From assembly GCA_963835065.1 (NCBI GenBank), contig CAWIEK010000007.1:1-62132 (forward strand): a stretch of DNA of 62,132 bases. Direction: 5' to 3'. The notes under the pieces are model-generated. The model had not been told where the DNA came from. It was given only the letters and a program-made list of their open reading frames with translations, and made no database searches. Both the position numbers and the translations under genes were made by a program. The stretch is from an uncultured Chthonomonadaceae bacterium (GTDB lineage Bacteria > Armatimonadota > Chthonomonadetes > Chthonomonadales > Chthonomonadaceae). This document shows, piece by piece, positions 9,427-19,158 of the stretch (the stretch's first letter is position 1; each line of letters opens with the position of its first letter).

Positions 9427-10359
9427 GAGCCTATCCCAATAGGTAAAATTTGTGGTATACTTCAGCATCTTAGTTGCTGAAGTATACACATGTCAGACAC
9501 ATCTCTTGATGCCACGCCCGAAGCCGGTGTGCCAGAGTTTGCCTGGGGTTGGCGCATTCCCGATGCCCTGTGGGAGCATATCGCGCCCCTTCTTCCTGCG
9601 CCGACGAAAGTGCATCCTTTAGGTTGCCACCGCAAGCGGGTGGACAATCGGGCTGCGATGGACGCTATTTTCTTTGTTCTACGCACCGGCTGCCAGTGGA
9701 ACGCCCTCAATGCCACCGGTATCTGCTCCTCCTCCTCCGCACACCGCCGCTTCTTGGAGTGGGTAGAGGCCGGCGTGTTTGCGCAGTTATGGCTCCAAGG
9801 GCTGCTCGCCTACGATGAACTCAAAGGCATCAACTGGTCTTGGCTTTCGATGGACGCCGCGATGACCAAAGCGCCGCTTGGGGGGAAAAGCACGGGCAAG
9901 AACCCACCGACCGGGGCAAACGCGGCGCCAAGCGCAGCCTGCTCGGTGAAGGCGGGGGCATTCCCATCGGCATTGTGGCCGCCGGAGCCAACCGAAACGA
10001 CTTCAAGTTGCTGCGCGAAACGATTGAAAGCGTCCCGATTGCCCGTGCGCAGCCCACGCCTGAGAAGCCGCAGGGCATGTGCCTGGACAAGGGCTACGAC
10101 TATGACGAAGTGCGCGCCATCCTTGCTGAGTTCGGCTTTACGGCGCACATTCGCGCGCGTGGCGAAGAAGCCAAGGCCCTCAAGGAGGAAGTGGGCTACA
10201 AAGCGCGTCGTTGGGTTGTCGAGCGAACGCACAGTTGGATGAACCGTTTTCGGCGTATTCTCATCCGTTGGGAGAAGAAGCCAGCGGCTTATCTTGCCAT
10301 GTTGCATTTTGCCTGTGCGCTTATCACCTACAAACAATCTGGCCTATTGGGATAGGCTC
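9427..10359 (+). mobile_element. IS5 family insertion sequence (TWA target, IS1031-like)
   Basis: 16-bp perfect TIR GAGCCTATCCCAATAG / CTATTGGGATAGGCTC; TTA duplicated at 9424-9426 and 10360-10362. Confidence 0.93.
9490..10355 (+). CDS. IS5 family transposase, split in two frames near 9880-9905
   Basis: IFFVLRTGCQW, SMD, LDKGYD and RWVVERTHSW.NRFRR.LIRWEK motifs. Confidence 0.9.
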
Positions 10360-10469
10360 TTAGGCACACTGCGCCCTCCCTCCGACGGCATCGAAAAGTG
10401 CGCTTACAATTTACGCAAAGCAGGCGAATTAGAAAACATCTACTGACGAGTCAGAAGTATTATTTCGGG

Positions 10470-10605
10470 TCAGGCAACAGCGAAATCGGTATAAGGCCGC
10501 CTGTCAGGAGAATGGAACGCCAGAACGATGTCCTCTTTTGGCACGCCTGCCCGCAGCAAGTCATCCGTGATCCCGTCTTCCGTCCAATCTTCTTCCATCC
10601 AAATT
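10470..10605 (-). pseudogene. XisI-like C-terminal remnant
   Basis: Translates [43 protein letters not shown]; no N-terminal half. Confidence 0.7.
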
Positions 10606-10632
10606 TGTCGTTCCCAACCATAAGCGTGATAC

Positions 10633-10899
10633 TCAGGCCGCCAATTCCTGTTTCGGTTCGGCGGGAATCAAGAACACCTTCAGATGGGCTTCTGATACCA
10701 GCCTGTTTTCCACATCGGTCAGCGCTTCGTAGTATTCAAAAAGTTTTGGCGGCTCGACATTCGGCTGCACCGGCACATGCCAGGCAAACTCTTCCTGCCG
10801 AATTCCTGTTTCTACGACCTCCAGCGTGGTTCCGCCCGGATGCGTGTTTTGCAGATACTGCCGCACAACGTTTGCCACGTCTTGTCTGGTTTGTTCCAT
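10633..10899 (-). CDS. Hypothetical protein
   Basis: 88-aa ORF with AGAGGAAG RBS. Confidence 0.7.
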   Translation of the reverse strand: MEQTRQDVANVVRQYLQNTHPGGTTLEVVETGIRQEEFAWHVPVQPNVEPPKLFEYYEALTDVENRLVSEAHLKVFLIPAEPKQELAA

Positions 10900-11074
10900 C
10901 TTCCTCTATCTCCCGCGTGTTCAAAACTCGGCTTGCATGGCTGCCACAGTATAGCATGTTTTTCCAACGCGCTTACCTACAGATTGCTATCAGCAGAGCT
11001 AATGCATCTTAAATCTTAAACAGCCGACATTCCACAAAAAGAAACAGAAAAAGATCAAAATAACGCGAAAGCAG

Positions 11075-11103
11075 TGAACCCCTTGCCCCTCACAGCCGTC
11101 TAA
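11075..11103 (+). promoter_or_regulatory. Putative ECF-sigma promoter TGAACC-N16-CGTCTAA
   Basis: Fits the AAC/CGT ECF pattern; counterpart at 33297-33325 precedes the homologous locus. Confidence 0.55.
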
Positions 11104-11193
11104 ATAGTAGAATACTGTATACTACACAGAGATGAAGGCTGAAAGTTCGAGTTCCTCTCAACCTAAAACCCTAAAACCCTAAAACCTAACTCA

Positions 11194-11340
11194 GAAGGGA
11201 GGTGCAATGCCCATGTTTCACCCCTCCCGCGCGCCCTGACGCTTGCGAGGCCATGACGCCTCTCTTCTACAATTTGACACAACGAGACATCGGGCTGGAA
11301 GCGCTGTATTGCCAAGATTTCGACGCTGCCTCTACATACT
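11194..11340 (+). ncRNA. Putative small RNA / micropeptide locus, copy 1
   Basis: Homologous to 33367-33512: GAAGGGAGGTG, mini-ORF MPMFHPSRAP* (11207-11239) and a 52-nt identical core (11274-11325). Confidence 0.5.
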
Positions 11341-11529
11341 CTTTTTCACTCCCGCTTGCCGCTATTGCGCTCACCTGAGCGCCTCTCCCGATAAACGTAG
11401 CATCCGCGTCCGCAGGACGCTTGTACTTTCCTGCCGGATCAGGCAGTACCCGGCCTGACACGCCCCTGCCCTGCACAGCATGTTTTCAAACGCTGGAAAA
11501 GATTTAGCAAAGATACAGGGAATTGTGAG

Positions 11530-11592
11530 AAGGATTTCATAGTCACGACGCGGAAGTGGGGATTTGTTGGGCGCGAGGGTGCGCCAATCACT
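11530..11592 (+). repeat. 63-bp dispersed repeat, copy 2
   Basis: Near-identical to 4833-4895. Confidence 0.85.
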
Positions 11593-11612
11593 AAATTCAC
11601 GCCGAGGACGCT

Positions 11613-12809
11613 ATGACCGCACCGTTTCTGTTTTCCACAGGCATCGAAAACAGCTACCCGACCATTGCCGACGGGAAGCGCATTGACGAGATGGAGAAAT
11701 GCGGGCACTATGACCGCTTTCAGGAAGATTTTGCCCTGACCCGCGAGATGGGCATCCGCTACTTGCGCTGGGGGCCGCCCCTCCACAAAGTCTGGCTTGG
11801 TCCGGGACAGTACGACTGGGCGTGGACGGACGCGGCAATGGCCGAAATGCAGAAGCTGCAAATCGAACCCATTCTCGATCTGTGTCACTTCGGCGTTCCC
11901 GACTGGCTGGGCAATTTTCAGAACCCCGACCTGCCCCGCTATTTTGTGGAGTACGCCGAAGCCTGCGCCAAACGCTACCCCTGGGTGCGCTATTGGACGC
12001 CCGTAAATGAGATTTTTGTCGCGTCCCTGTTCAGCGGCTGGCTCGGCATGTGGAACGAGCGCGAGCGCGGCCACCGCCCGTTTCTGAACGCCATGCGCAA
12101 TATGTGCCTGATGAACGTGCTGGCAATGGACACCATCTGCCAACACATCCCCGACCCTATTTTTATCCAGAGCGAAAGCAGCGAATACTGGCATCCCGCC
12201 CACCCCGAAATGATCGAAGCCGCCCGCTTCTGGAACCGCATCCGCTTTCTGCCCCTCGATTTCACCTACGGCCACGATGCCCGCGTTTCCATTTACGAAC
12301 ACCTGCTGGCAAACGGCTTTCCCAAACAGGATTACGAACTGTTTATGAACCGCAAGCAGCCCCGTAATTGCGTGATGGGCAACGATTATTACCAGTGGAA
12401 CGAGCATCTCATGGTGCGCGAGGACGAGTGGGTTCCGTCCGGCGAGATTTTGGGCTACTACGTCATTACCAAGCAGTATTATGACCGCTACCGCCTGCCC
12501 GTCATGCACACGGAAACCAACGCCGTCACCGATCAGGCCGTAACCTGGCTGTGGAAAGAATGGTCGAGCATGATCCGGCTGCGCGACGACCGCATCCCCA
12601 TTGTCGGCTTCACCTGGTACAGCCTGACCGACCAGATAGATTGGGATACCGGCCTGACCGAAGAAAACAACCGGGTGTACAAAGTGGGCCTGTACGATTT
12701 AGACCGCAAACTGCGCCCTGTTGGCCGCGCCTACCAGCGTCTCATCGAAGCGTGGACAAACGTGATCGATCAGGGCGGCGAACCTTTGGAAAAGCAGCAC
12801 CATGAGTGA
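11613..12809 (+). CDS. Glycoside hydrolase family 1-like protein
   Basis: HYDRFQEDF, DLCHFG.P, TPVNE (acid/base), MHTET (nucleophile), FTWYSLTDQ.DW. Confidence 0.85.
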   Translation: MTAPFLFSTGIENSYPTIADGKRIDEMEKCGHYDRFQEDFALTREMGIRYLRWGPPLHKVWLGPGQYDWAWTDAAMAEMQKLQIEPILDLCHFGVPDWLGNFQNPDLPRYFVEYAEACAKRYPWVRYWTPVNEIFVASLFSGWLGMWNERERGHRPFLNAMRNMCLMNVLAMDTICQHIPDPIFIQSESSEYWHPAHPEMIEAARFWNRIRFLPLDFTYGHDARVSIYEHLLANGFPKQDYELFMNRKQPRNCVMGNDYYQWNEHLMVREDEWVPSGEILGYYVITKQYYDRYRLPVMHTETNAVTDQAVTWLWKEWSSMIRLRDDRIPIVGFTWYSLTDQIDWDTGLTEENNRVYKVGLYDLDRKLRPVGRAYQRLIEAWTNVIDQGGEPLEKQHHE

Positions 12810-12813
12810 GAAG

Positions 12814-12901
12814 GGCATTAGGCATTAGGCATTAGGAAGAAGACAGGAGACAGGAGCCTAATCTTTAATCTCCAATGCCTAATGCCTAATGCCTGATGCC
12901 T
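12814..12901. repeat. Inverted pair of (GGCATTA)n heptamer arrays
   Basis: Seen directly in the intergenic sequence. Confidence 0.88.
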
Positions 12902-12915
12902 GACGGAGAAGAACA

Positions 12916-13722
12916 ATGCGTAACATAAACAATGGGGAGGACGCGACGGAGGCGAGCGCGTCGAATATCTCGGAAGTGGAATGGCATGCGGGGGAAGCGG
13001 ACGCGCTGTTGAGTCAGATACCCCTGTTTGCCGCGTTTTCGCCCCAACTGGCGGCGAAACTGGCGGCAAGCATGACGGAACGCAGCCTGCCGGCGGGCGC
13101 GACGATTTTCCGGCAGGGTGAAATGGGGCAGGAACTGCTGATTGTGCGCTGCGGCAGCGTACAAATTTTCCTGCCCGACGCCGACAACCCGGAAGAAGCC
13201 GTGCTTGCCATTTTGAACGACGGCGAGTTCTTCGGCGAACTGTCCCTGCTGGATGGGCAGCCGCGCAGCGCATCGGCAGTGACACTGCGCGAAACAACCC
13301 TGCTGTCGCTGCAGCGCGAGACGTTTTATCGAGCTTTGCAAACCGATCACAGCGCGGTGGCGCACATCATTTCCGTGCTGTGCCAGCGCCTGCGCGCCAC
13401 GGACACGCGCCTGGCCGAAGCCGCTTTCCGGGACGCGCGGGAACGCCTGGCAAAGTATCTGTGGCATCTGGCGGAACATGAGGCGGAGTCTACCCCCAAC
13501 GGCCTGCGCCTGAAAACGCCTGTTTCCGAGGCGGAAATGGCGCGCAGCGTGGGAGCCACAACCGACCGAATACGGGCGGAACTGCGCCACCTGCACCAAG
13601 ACCTGGTTATCTCCTGGCAAAATGGGGAACTAACCATCTTGAAGCCGCACGATCTGCGCGACATGGCGCATGGCAGCAGCGCCAGCGCTGCGATTACCGT
13701 TCCCGATTGGCTGCTTGGCTGA
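12916..13722 (+). CDS. Crp/Fnr family transcriptional regulator
   Basis: FFGELSLLDGQPRSASA cNMP pocket and C-terminal HTH. Confidence 0.9.
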   Translation: MRNINNGEDATEASASNISEVEWHAGEADALLSQIPLFAAFSPQLAAKLAASMTERSLPAGATIFRQGEMGQELLIVRCGSVQIFLPDADNPEEAVLAILNDGEFFGELSLLDGQPRSASAVTLRETTLLSLQRETFYRALQTDHSAVAHIISVLCQRLRATDTRLAEAAFRDARERLAKYLWHLAEHEAESTPNGLRLKTPVSEAEMARSVGATTDRIRAELRHLHQDLVISWQNGELTILKPHDLRDMAHGSSASAAITVPDWLLG

Positions 13723-13783
13723 ACGTGGCAGATTTCCACATCAGAAACATTTACGGAGACTTCAAGAACACAAAGGACAAAGC

Positions 13784-16021
13784 ATGAGTCTATTTCATGG
13801 TTTACTAAGCGCGGCCAGGAACAAAAAAAGGCGCGCGCATCTGGCATTGCGTACCGGCGTTGGCGCGCTTGCTTTGCTTGGTTTTGCCGCTACAGGACCG
13901 CAGGAAGCGATTGCGCAGAAGCGCAACACGCCCAAATCGCCTTCGGAAGAACGTTCTGATTTTCGCCCGCCCTCCGTGCCTCTTGTCACGCACAGCCCCT
14001 ATTTCAGCGTATGGTCGAACGCCAACAGCCTGACCGATGACTGGCCGCGCCATTGGACGGGAGCGGTGCAGGCGCTGGCAGGCTTAATCCGCATTGACGA
14101 CAAGCCGTATCGCTGGGCGGGGCCGGAGCCGAAAGCCGTGCCTGCCCTGGCCTTTACCGGCCTGGAAATCTATCCGACGCGCAGCATTTACCACATGGAA
14201 GGCGGCGGGATTCGGCTCAATGTCACGTTTCTGTCGCCGCTCGTGCCTTCCAATCTGGAAGTGATGTCGCGCCCGGTGACGTATGTTACGTGGAGCGCCG
14301 AGGCCATTGACGGCAAAAACCATCCCGTCTCGCTGTACTTCGACTGCACGGGCGAATGGGCGGTCAACACGCCGGAACAAGCCGTCAACGAAACGACAAG
14401 TACGCGCAACGGCCTGCTTATCGGCAAAATCGGCGCGGACGCGCAGAAAGTCCTGACCAAAGCGGGCGACAACCTGCGCATTGATTACGGCTATTTCTAT
14501 GTGGCCGTGCCGCAGAACCCCGGCAATGCCAAACAGGGTATTATGCCCGCCGATGCCAGCCGTATCATAGAGGCCGGATTGGGCAAAGTGGATTTCGACA
14601 AATTGACGTTTCCGCGCCCTGCCCGCGACGGATGGCCCGCCGTCACCAATTATATTTCGTTCGGCACAGTCGGTAAAAATCCCACGTCGCGCCACATTCT
14701 GCTCGCTTATGATGAGTTGTACGAGGTGCAGTTGTTGGGCAAAAACCTGCTCCCCTATTGGAAGCGCAACGGCATGACGGCGGAACAACTGCTCACGACC
14801 GCCGAGCAACAATACAAAACTGTGGACGCGCTTGCGCATAAATTCGACAGCGAACTCATGGCGGATCTGGCGAAGCAGGGCGGTGAGCGCTATCAGCGAC
14901 TGGTAGCGCTGGCGTACCGGGAGTGTTGGGCCGCGCACGGACTGGCGGCGGACGAAAAGGGCAACCCGCTCCTGTTCCCAAAAGAAAATTTCAGCAACGG
15001 GTGTATTTCGACGGTGGATGTGCTGTACCCGTCCTCGCCGTTCTTCCTGCTGTTCAACACCAACTTACTGCGGGCGCAATTGACGCCTGTACTGGATTAC
15101 GCGCAATCGAGCCGGTGGACGTTCCCCTTTGCCCCGCACGATTTGGGCACGTACCCCCTGGCGAACGGGCAGGTTTACGGCGGCGGGGAACGGAACGAGC
15201 GCGACCAGATGCCTGTCGAAGAATCCGGCAACATGATCCTGATGCTGGCCGCGATGGCAAAAGCGGACGGCAACGCCGATTACGCCAACAAATACTGGCC
15301 CGTGCTGACCCGATGGGCCGCGTATCTGCGCGACAAGGGGCTGGACCCGGAAAACCAGCTTTGCACGGACGACTTTGCCGGGCATCTCGCGCACAACACC
15401 AACCTGTCGCTGAAAGCCATTGAAGCCTTGGGCGCGTATGCCATGCTGTGCGATATGACCGGGCACAAGGACGAGGGCGACGCGTACCGCAAAACCGCGC
15501 GGGAGTTCGCCGCGCGCTGGCAGGACATGGCAAAAGCCGCCGACCATTACAAATTAACGTTCGACGGCTCGCCCGAAACCTGGAGCCAGAAGTACAATCT
15601 GGTGTGGGATCGCATCCTGGGCATCAATCTGTTCCCCACCAACGTTGCCGATACGGAAGTGGCGTTCTACAAAACCAGGCAGAACAAGTACGGCCTGCCG
15701 CTTGACAATCGCAAGGCGTACACCAAACTGGATTGGACGGTCTGGACCGCCACGCTCGCCACCACGCCCGAAGATTTCCACGCCCTTGTGACGCCACTTT
15801 ACGATTTCGTCAACGCCACAAGCAAGCGCGTCCCCCTGACAGATTGGTTTAACACACCCGATGCTAATTTTGTCGGCTTTCAGGCGCGTTCCGTCGTCGG
15901 CGGTTTGGCAATCAAGATGCTCGCCGACCCGATTATGTGGCACAAATGGAGTGACCGGGCGCGCGCTCCCGCCACGCCCGGACGCGCGGAAACGCGCAAG
16001 GTTGCGAACGCCGCGCCGTAA
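13784..16021 (+). CDS. Secreted GtaA-type glutaminase-like (DUF5127/DUF4965) protein, probable glycosidase fold
   Basis: RPPSVPLVT.SPYFSVWS, KENFSNG, APHDLGTYP, MPVEESGNM, NQLCTDDFAG motifs; signal-like N-terminus. Confidence 0.8.
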   Translation: MSLFHGLLSAARNKKRRAHLALRTGVGALALLGFAATGPQEAIAQKRNTPKSPSEERSDFRPPSVPLVTHSPYFSVWSNANSLTDDWPRHWTGAVQALAGLIRIDDKPYRWAGPEPKAVPALAFTGLEIYPTRSIYHMEGGGIRLNVTFLSPLVPSNLEVMSRPVTYVTWSAEAIDGKNHPVSLYFDCTGEWAVNTPEQAVNETTSTRNGLLIGKIGADAQKVLTKAGDNLRIDYGYFYVAVPQNPGNAKQGIMPADASRIIEAGLGKVDFDKLTFPRPARDGWPAVTNYISFGTVGKNPTSRHILLAYDELYEVQLLGKNLLPYWKRNGMTAEQLLTTAEQQYKTVDALAHKFDSELMADLAKQGGERYQRLVALAYRECWAAHGLAADEKGNPLLFPKENFSNGCISTVDVLYPSSPFFLLFNTNLLRAQLTPVLDYAQSSRWTFPFAPHDLGTYPLANGQVYGGGERNERDQMPVEESGNMILMLAAMAKADGNADYANKYWPVLTRWAAYLRDKGLDPENQLCTDDFAGHLAHNTNLSLKAIEALGAYAMLCDMTGHKDEGDAYRKTAREFAARWQDMAKAADHYKLTFDGSPETWSQKYNLVWDRILGINLFPTNVADTEVAFYKTRQNKYGLPLDNRKAYTKLDWTVWTATLATTPEDFHALVTPLYDFVNATSKRVPLTDWFNTPDANFVGFQARSVVGGLAIKMLADPIMWHKWSDRARAPATPGRAETRKVANAAP

Positions 16022-16061
16022 CTCCGCGTATGATTTTCAACTTGTAAGGGCAAAGCAACGA

Positions 16062-16085
16062 GGGCGCACCTGGATAGGTGCGCCC
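16062..16085. terminator. GC-rich hairpin between convergent genes
   Basis: GGGCGCACC-N6-GGTGCGCCC. Confidence 0.6.
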
Positions 16086-16144
16086 CCATTATTGTAATCC
16101 GAAGTGAAAGCGTAAAATCAATCAGGCAAACATTGCGCGGGATG

Positions 16145-16354
16145 TCAGCGCAGTTCGCGGCCTTCCGCCTGGCGCTTGGCCTTGGCGATTTTGCGCAGGC
16201 GCGCAGCCGCTTCGCGGCGTCGCTTGTCGCTGGGCTTCTCGTAATGCTCGTGCGCGCGGGCTTCTTTTAAGATGCCACTTTCCATTGTCTGCTTCTTGAA
16301 GCGTCGCAGGGCGGCTTCGATGCCTTCGCCGGGCTTGACAGATACTTGTGCCAA
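16145..16354 (-). CDS. rpsU: 30S ribosomal protein S21
   Basis: IEAALRRFKK, HYEKPS. Confidence 0.96.
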   Translation of the reverse strand: MAQVSVKPGEGIEAALRRFKKQTMESGILKEARAHEHYEKPSDKRRREAAARLRKIAKAKRQAEGRELR

Positions 16355-16592
16355 ATGTGCCTACTTCCTTTCGGTATCCGGGATACGGATGTGGGTTGTC
16401 GTTCCAGTCGTGTCGGCTATAAGCCGGAGGAATAAAGTGCATGGCAGCGCGATAACGCTCAAACGCGGCCATTTCAGCACCTACATTATACCGCATTTTC
16501 CGCATCCATGTGCCCGCGCAACAAAATCACTCCGAATCTTTCCAGCCCGAACACCCAAATAACCGAACACCGAATACCGAACACCCAACGCC

Positions 16593-17741
16593 CTATCCAA
16601 TGTTGGCATAACGCGCATCCACCAAGGGCGGCACATAGTCGGCGCTTTTCATTTGCAGCAGTTCCGGCAGCGTGGCAGCGGAGCGCAGGATACCCCGACT
16701 GCGCTCCGCCGTCAAATCTACCACGAGCGGCTGTTTCAGAGCAACGCGGCGGCGATCCAGATGTATCAGCACAACCGGGCGATGGGGCTGATCGGGCAAT
16801 AGTCCCGCCACAAGGCCGTACTCTCCTGTCGTCAGTTGTACCGCTGTCCCTACGGGGTACAGCGCCACGCGCCTGCATAAAGCCACCGCCGCCTGCCGCG
16901 CAAAAAGGGTATCCGCGTTGCCGATGATATAGGAAATCGCCGCATCCGGCAGCACGGAAGGGATTCCGAAGCGCGAACCGGTCAGCGAATCATACGTTTC
17001 CGCAACGGCCAGAATACAGGCCAGCAGGCTTAGTTTTTCGCCGCGCAAATGGTGCGGGTAGCCGCTGCCGTCCAGGCGCTCATGGTGGCGCAAAATCAGG
17101 CCGCATGCCGTCGGGCTGATAGCCTGCGAATGAACCAGATGCTCAAATCCCAACTGCGCATGCGTTTCAATTTCGGCGCATTGCTCCGGCGTGGGCGGCG
17201 TTTCGCAATACAGAAGCGAATCGGGCAGAAAGATCATGCCCGTGTCGTGAAACAGCAGGGCGGCAGCCAACTCGTGCAGCAGGTCGCGCGGCGCGCGCAT
17301 GTCTAATGCCAGCACCAGTCCCAGCACGGCCACATTCACGGAGTGTTGGAGCAGCCGGTCGGAACTGGCTCCCACATTGCACAGCGTTACGAGCGGCTTA
17401 TTGGTACGCGACAGGGCTTGCAGCAGATTGTCCGTCGCCGCTTTGATGGACGCGGCATCCAAAACCACTTTTTTGTTCGCAAACTCCTGTTTCAATTTGC
17501 CGCACGATTCGCCAAGCACCTGCCGGCACTGGTCGCGCAAATCCGAGCGCGTCGGCTTGACAACGCTTTCCCCGTTCGCCGGGTCAATGAAAATGGAGCG
17601 TATGCGAAACTTGCGCATACGAATGATATGGTGCATTCCCAACCGCTGCCCGCGCGCAATCAGGACGCGCCCCTGCGGATCGCATATATCTTCCGCAACG
17701 CACATCCCCTCCCGCGCATCCTTCGACGCTACAAACTGCAT
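16593..17741 (-). CDS. HD-GYP domain protein
   Basis: HSVNVA, FHDTG, HHERLDGSGYP, LYPVGT.V.L.TGE. Confidence 0.88.
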   Translation of the reverse strand: MQFVASKDAREGMCVAEDICDPQGRVLIARGQRLGMHHIIRMRKFRIRSIFIDPANGESVVKPTRSDLRDQCRQVLGESCGKLKQEFANKKVVLDAASIKAATDNLLQALSRTNKPLVTLCNVGASSDRLLQHSVNVAVLGLVLALDMRAPRDLLHELAAALLFHDTGMIFLPDSLLYCETPPTPEQCAEIETHAQLGFEHLVHSQAISPTACGLILRHHERLDGSGYPHHLRGEKLSLLACILAVAETYDSLTGSRFGIPSVLPDAAISYIIGNADTLFARQAAVALCRRVALYPVGTAVQLTTGEYGLVAGLLPDQPHRPVVLIHLDRRRVALKQPLVVDLTAERSRGILRSAATLPELLQMKSADYVPPLVDARYANIG

Positions 17742-17939
17742 GTCCTTGCTCCGTCTAGGCATTAGGCATTAGATATTAGATATTAAATATTAGTTATTAG
17801 GCAGAAGTCTAATACCTCAATACCGAACACCTGAACATCTGAGTACCTGAACACCCTAAAACCTTAACACCTTACAAACCCTGAAACCCTACTCTCTGGC
17901 AAGGATTATGGGCAGGTTGTCACACGAGTTCAGAGAAGA

Positions 17940-18260
17940 TCAGGATTTTATGGTATGTTTGGCGGGGTTCAGACTGAAAATGCCACAGGAAAGTAGGGAA
18001 CGGGCGAAGAACAAAGCAATTTCCTGCCCCTCAACATCCTCGGGCGCGTACAAACTGGAATCAAAGCCGCAAAACTGAAAGCCGGAATGTCGGTAAAACA
18101 GGATGGCCGGATGATTGACGCTCTGTGTTTCCAGCCACAAACCGCGCGCCTGTACGGAACGCGAAGGCGTTCAGAGCGTCCAGCAGCAATGACCCTCCGC
18201 TCCGGCGGTGAAAGGAAGGGGCAACGCAAAGATGCCGGATAAATGTCGAAAAGGTTCTCA
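17940..18260 (-). pseudogene. GNAT acetyltransferase remnant
   Basis: HRRSGGSLLL and WLETQSVNHPAILFYRHSGFQFCGFDSSLY lie in different frames; no N-terminus found. Confidence 0.65.
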
Positions 18261-18484
18261 CAACCCTGAACAGTTACAAATGGACACACTAGCGCGTATT
18301 TAGAGGTAACATACAACTACAAAATTTCGGAAGCAGGGCAGGAGCGGGATGCCTAAGATTTATGACGATTGATGAGAAGTGAGTGGATATGAACGGTATA
18401 ACAAAATAGTATTTGTCGGCGCTCTGAGATAGTGTATCATTCAGCAAGAGTGGCAACGGCAGGATAATTCAAAGGTGACTAAGA

Positions 18485-19039
18485 GTGGCAAAATCAGAGA
18501 CAAGGCCGAAAATACGGTCTACAACGATTGTGGCGGTGAAGCGGGAAGATCAGGTGGCGCTTGCGGGGGATGGGCAGGTCACGCTGGAAAATACCGTGAT
18601 GAAGCACAACGCGCGCAAAGTGCGGCGCTTGTACCAGAACCGGGTGATTGCCGGGTTCGCGGGCAGCGTGGCGGACGCGCAATCTTTAGCAGACAAGTTC
18701 GAGAGCAAATTGGAATCGTCGAGCGGCAACCTGACGCGGGCAGCTATTGAATTTGCCAAAGAATGGCGCACGGACCGTATTTTGCGCAAGCTGGAAGCCA
18801 TGATGATCGTCACGGACGGGGAGCGCATCTACATTCTGTCGGGCGACGGTAACGTGGTGGAACCGGATGACGGCGTGGCGGCCATCGGGTCGGGGGGCAT
18901 GTTCGCTGCATCGGCGGCCAAAGCATTGGTCAAGAACACAAACATGACCGCGCATGACATCGCTTTGGAAGCCATGCGGATCGCAGCGGAAGTGTGCATC
19001 TACACCAACGACAAGGTGACGGTGGATGTGCTGCCTTGA
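18485..19039 (+). CDS. hslV: ATP-dependent protease subunit HslV
   Basis: TTIVAV, AGDGQVT, AGFAGS.ADA, AIGSGG. Confidence 0.96.
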   Translation: MAKSETRPKIRSTTIVAVKREDQVALAGDGQVTLENTVMKHNARKVRRLYQNRVIAGFAGSVADAQSLADKFESKLESSSGNLTRAAIEFAKEWRTDRILRKLEAMMIVTDGERIYILSGDGNVVEPDDGVAAIGSGGMFAASAAKALVKNTNMTAHDIALEAMRIAAEVCIYTNDKVTVDVLP

Positions 19040-19041
19040 AG

Positions 19042-19152
19042 GGGTTGAGGGATAAGCAAATGATGAATAATGAGCGCTGAGTGATGAATAGAATTTAGTA
19101 TTTCATTCATCATTCATCATTCAGCACTCATCACTGGCTTATCCCTCAACCC
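19042..19152. repeat. Long inverted repeat with internal (TGATGAA)-type units; likely bidirectional terminator
   Basis: GGGTTGAGGGATAAGC ... GCTTATCCCTCAACCC between convergent genes. Confidence 0.8.
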
Positions 19153-19158
19153 TGTAAG

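Larger units (their letters stand above)
5943..10446 (+). pseudogene. HNH endonuclease gene in three pieces (5943-6254, 9201-9426, 10363-10446), interrupted by two mobile elements
   Basis: RCVYC..DHF.P..NLLYSC.RCN.AK motif; removing the inserts joins VLNPC|DTIYSEHL and PDNLPDL|GTLRPPSDG..ELENIY*; also a 1-nt shift near 6162. Confidence 0.85.

Noticed and set aside
9876..9910. Programmed -1 frameshift in the IS5 transposase
   Set aside because: Not established: GGGGGGAAAA is present, but the first frame already reads GGKSTGKNP, so a single missing C near 9905 explains the split equally well
5564..11000. Prophage
   Set aside because: No structural, terminase or integrase genes
11274..11279. 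TTGACA in the duplicated core as a sigma70 -35 element
   Set aside because: No recognisable -10 box at 16-18 bp in either copy
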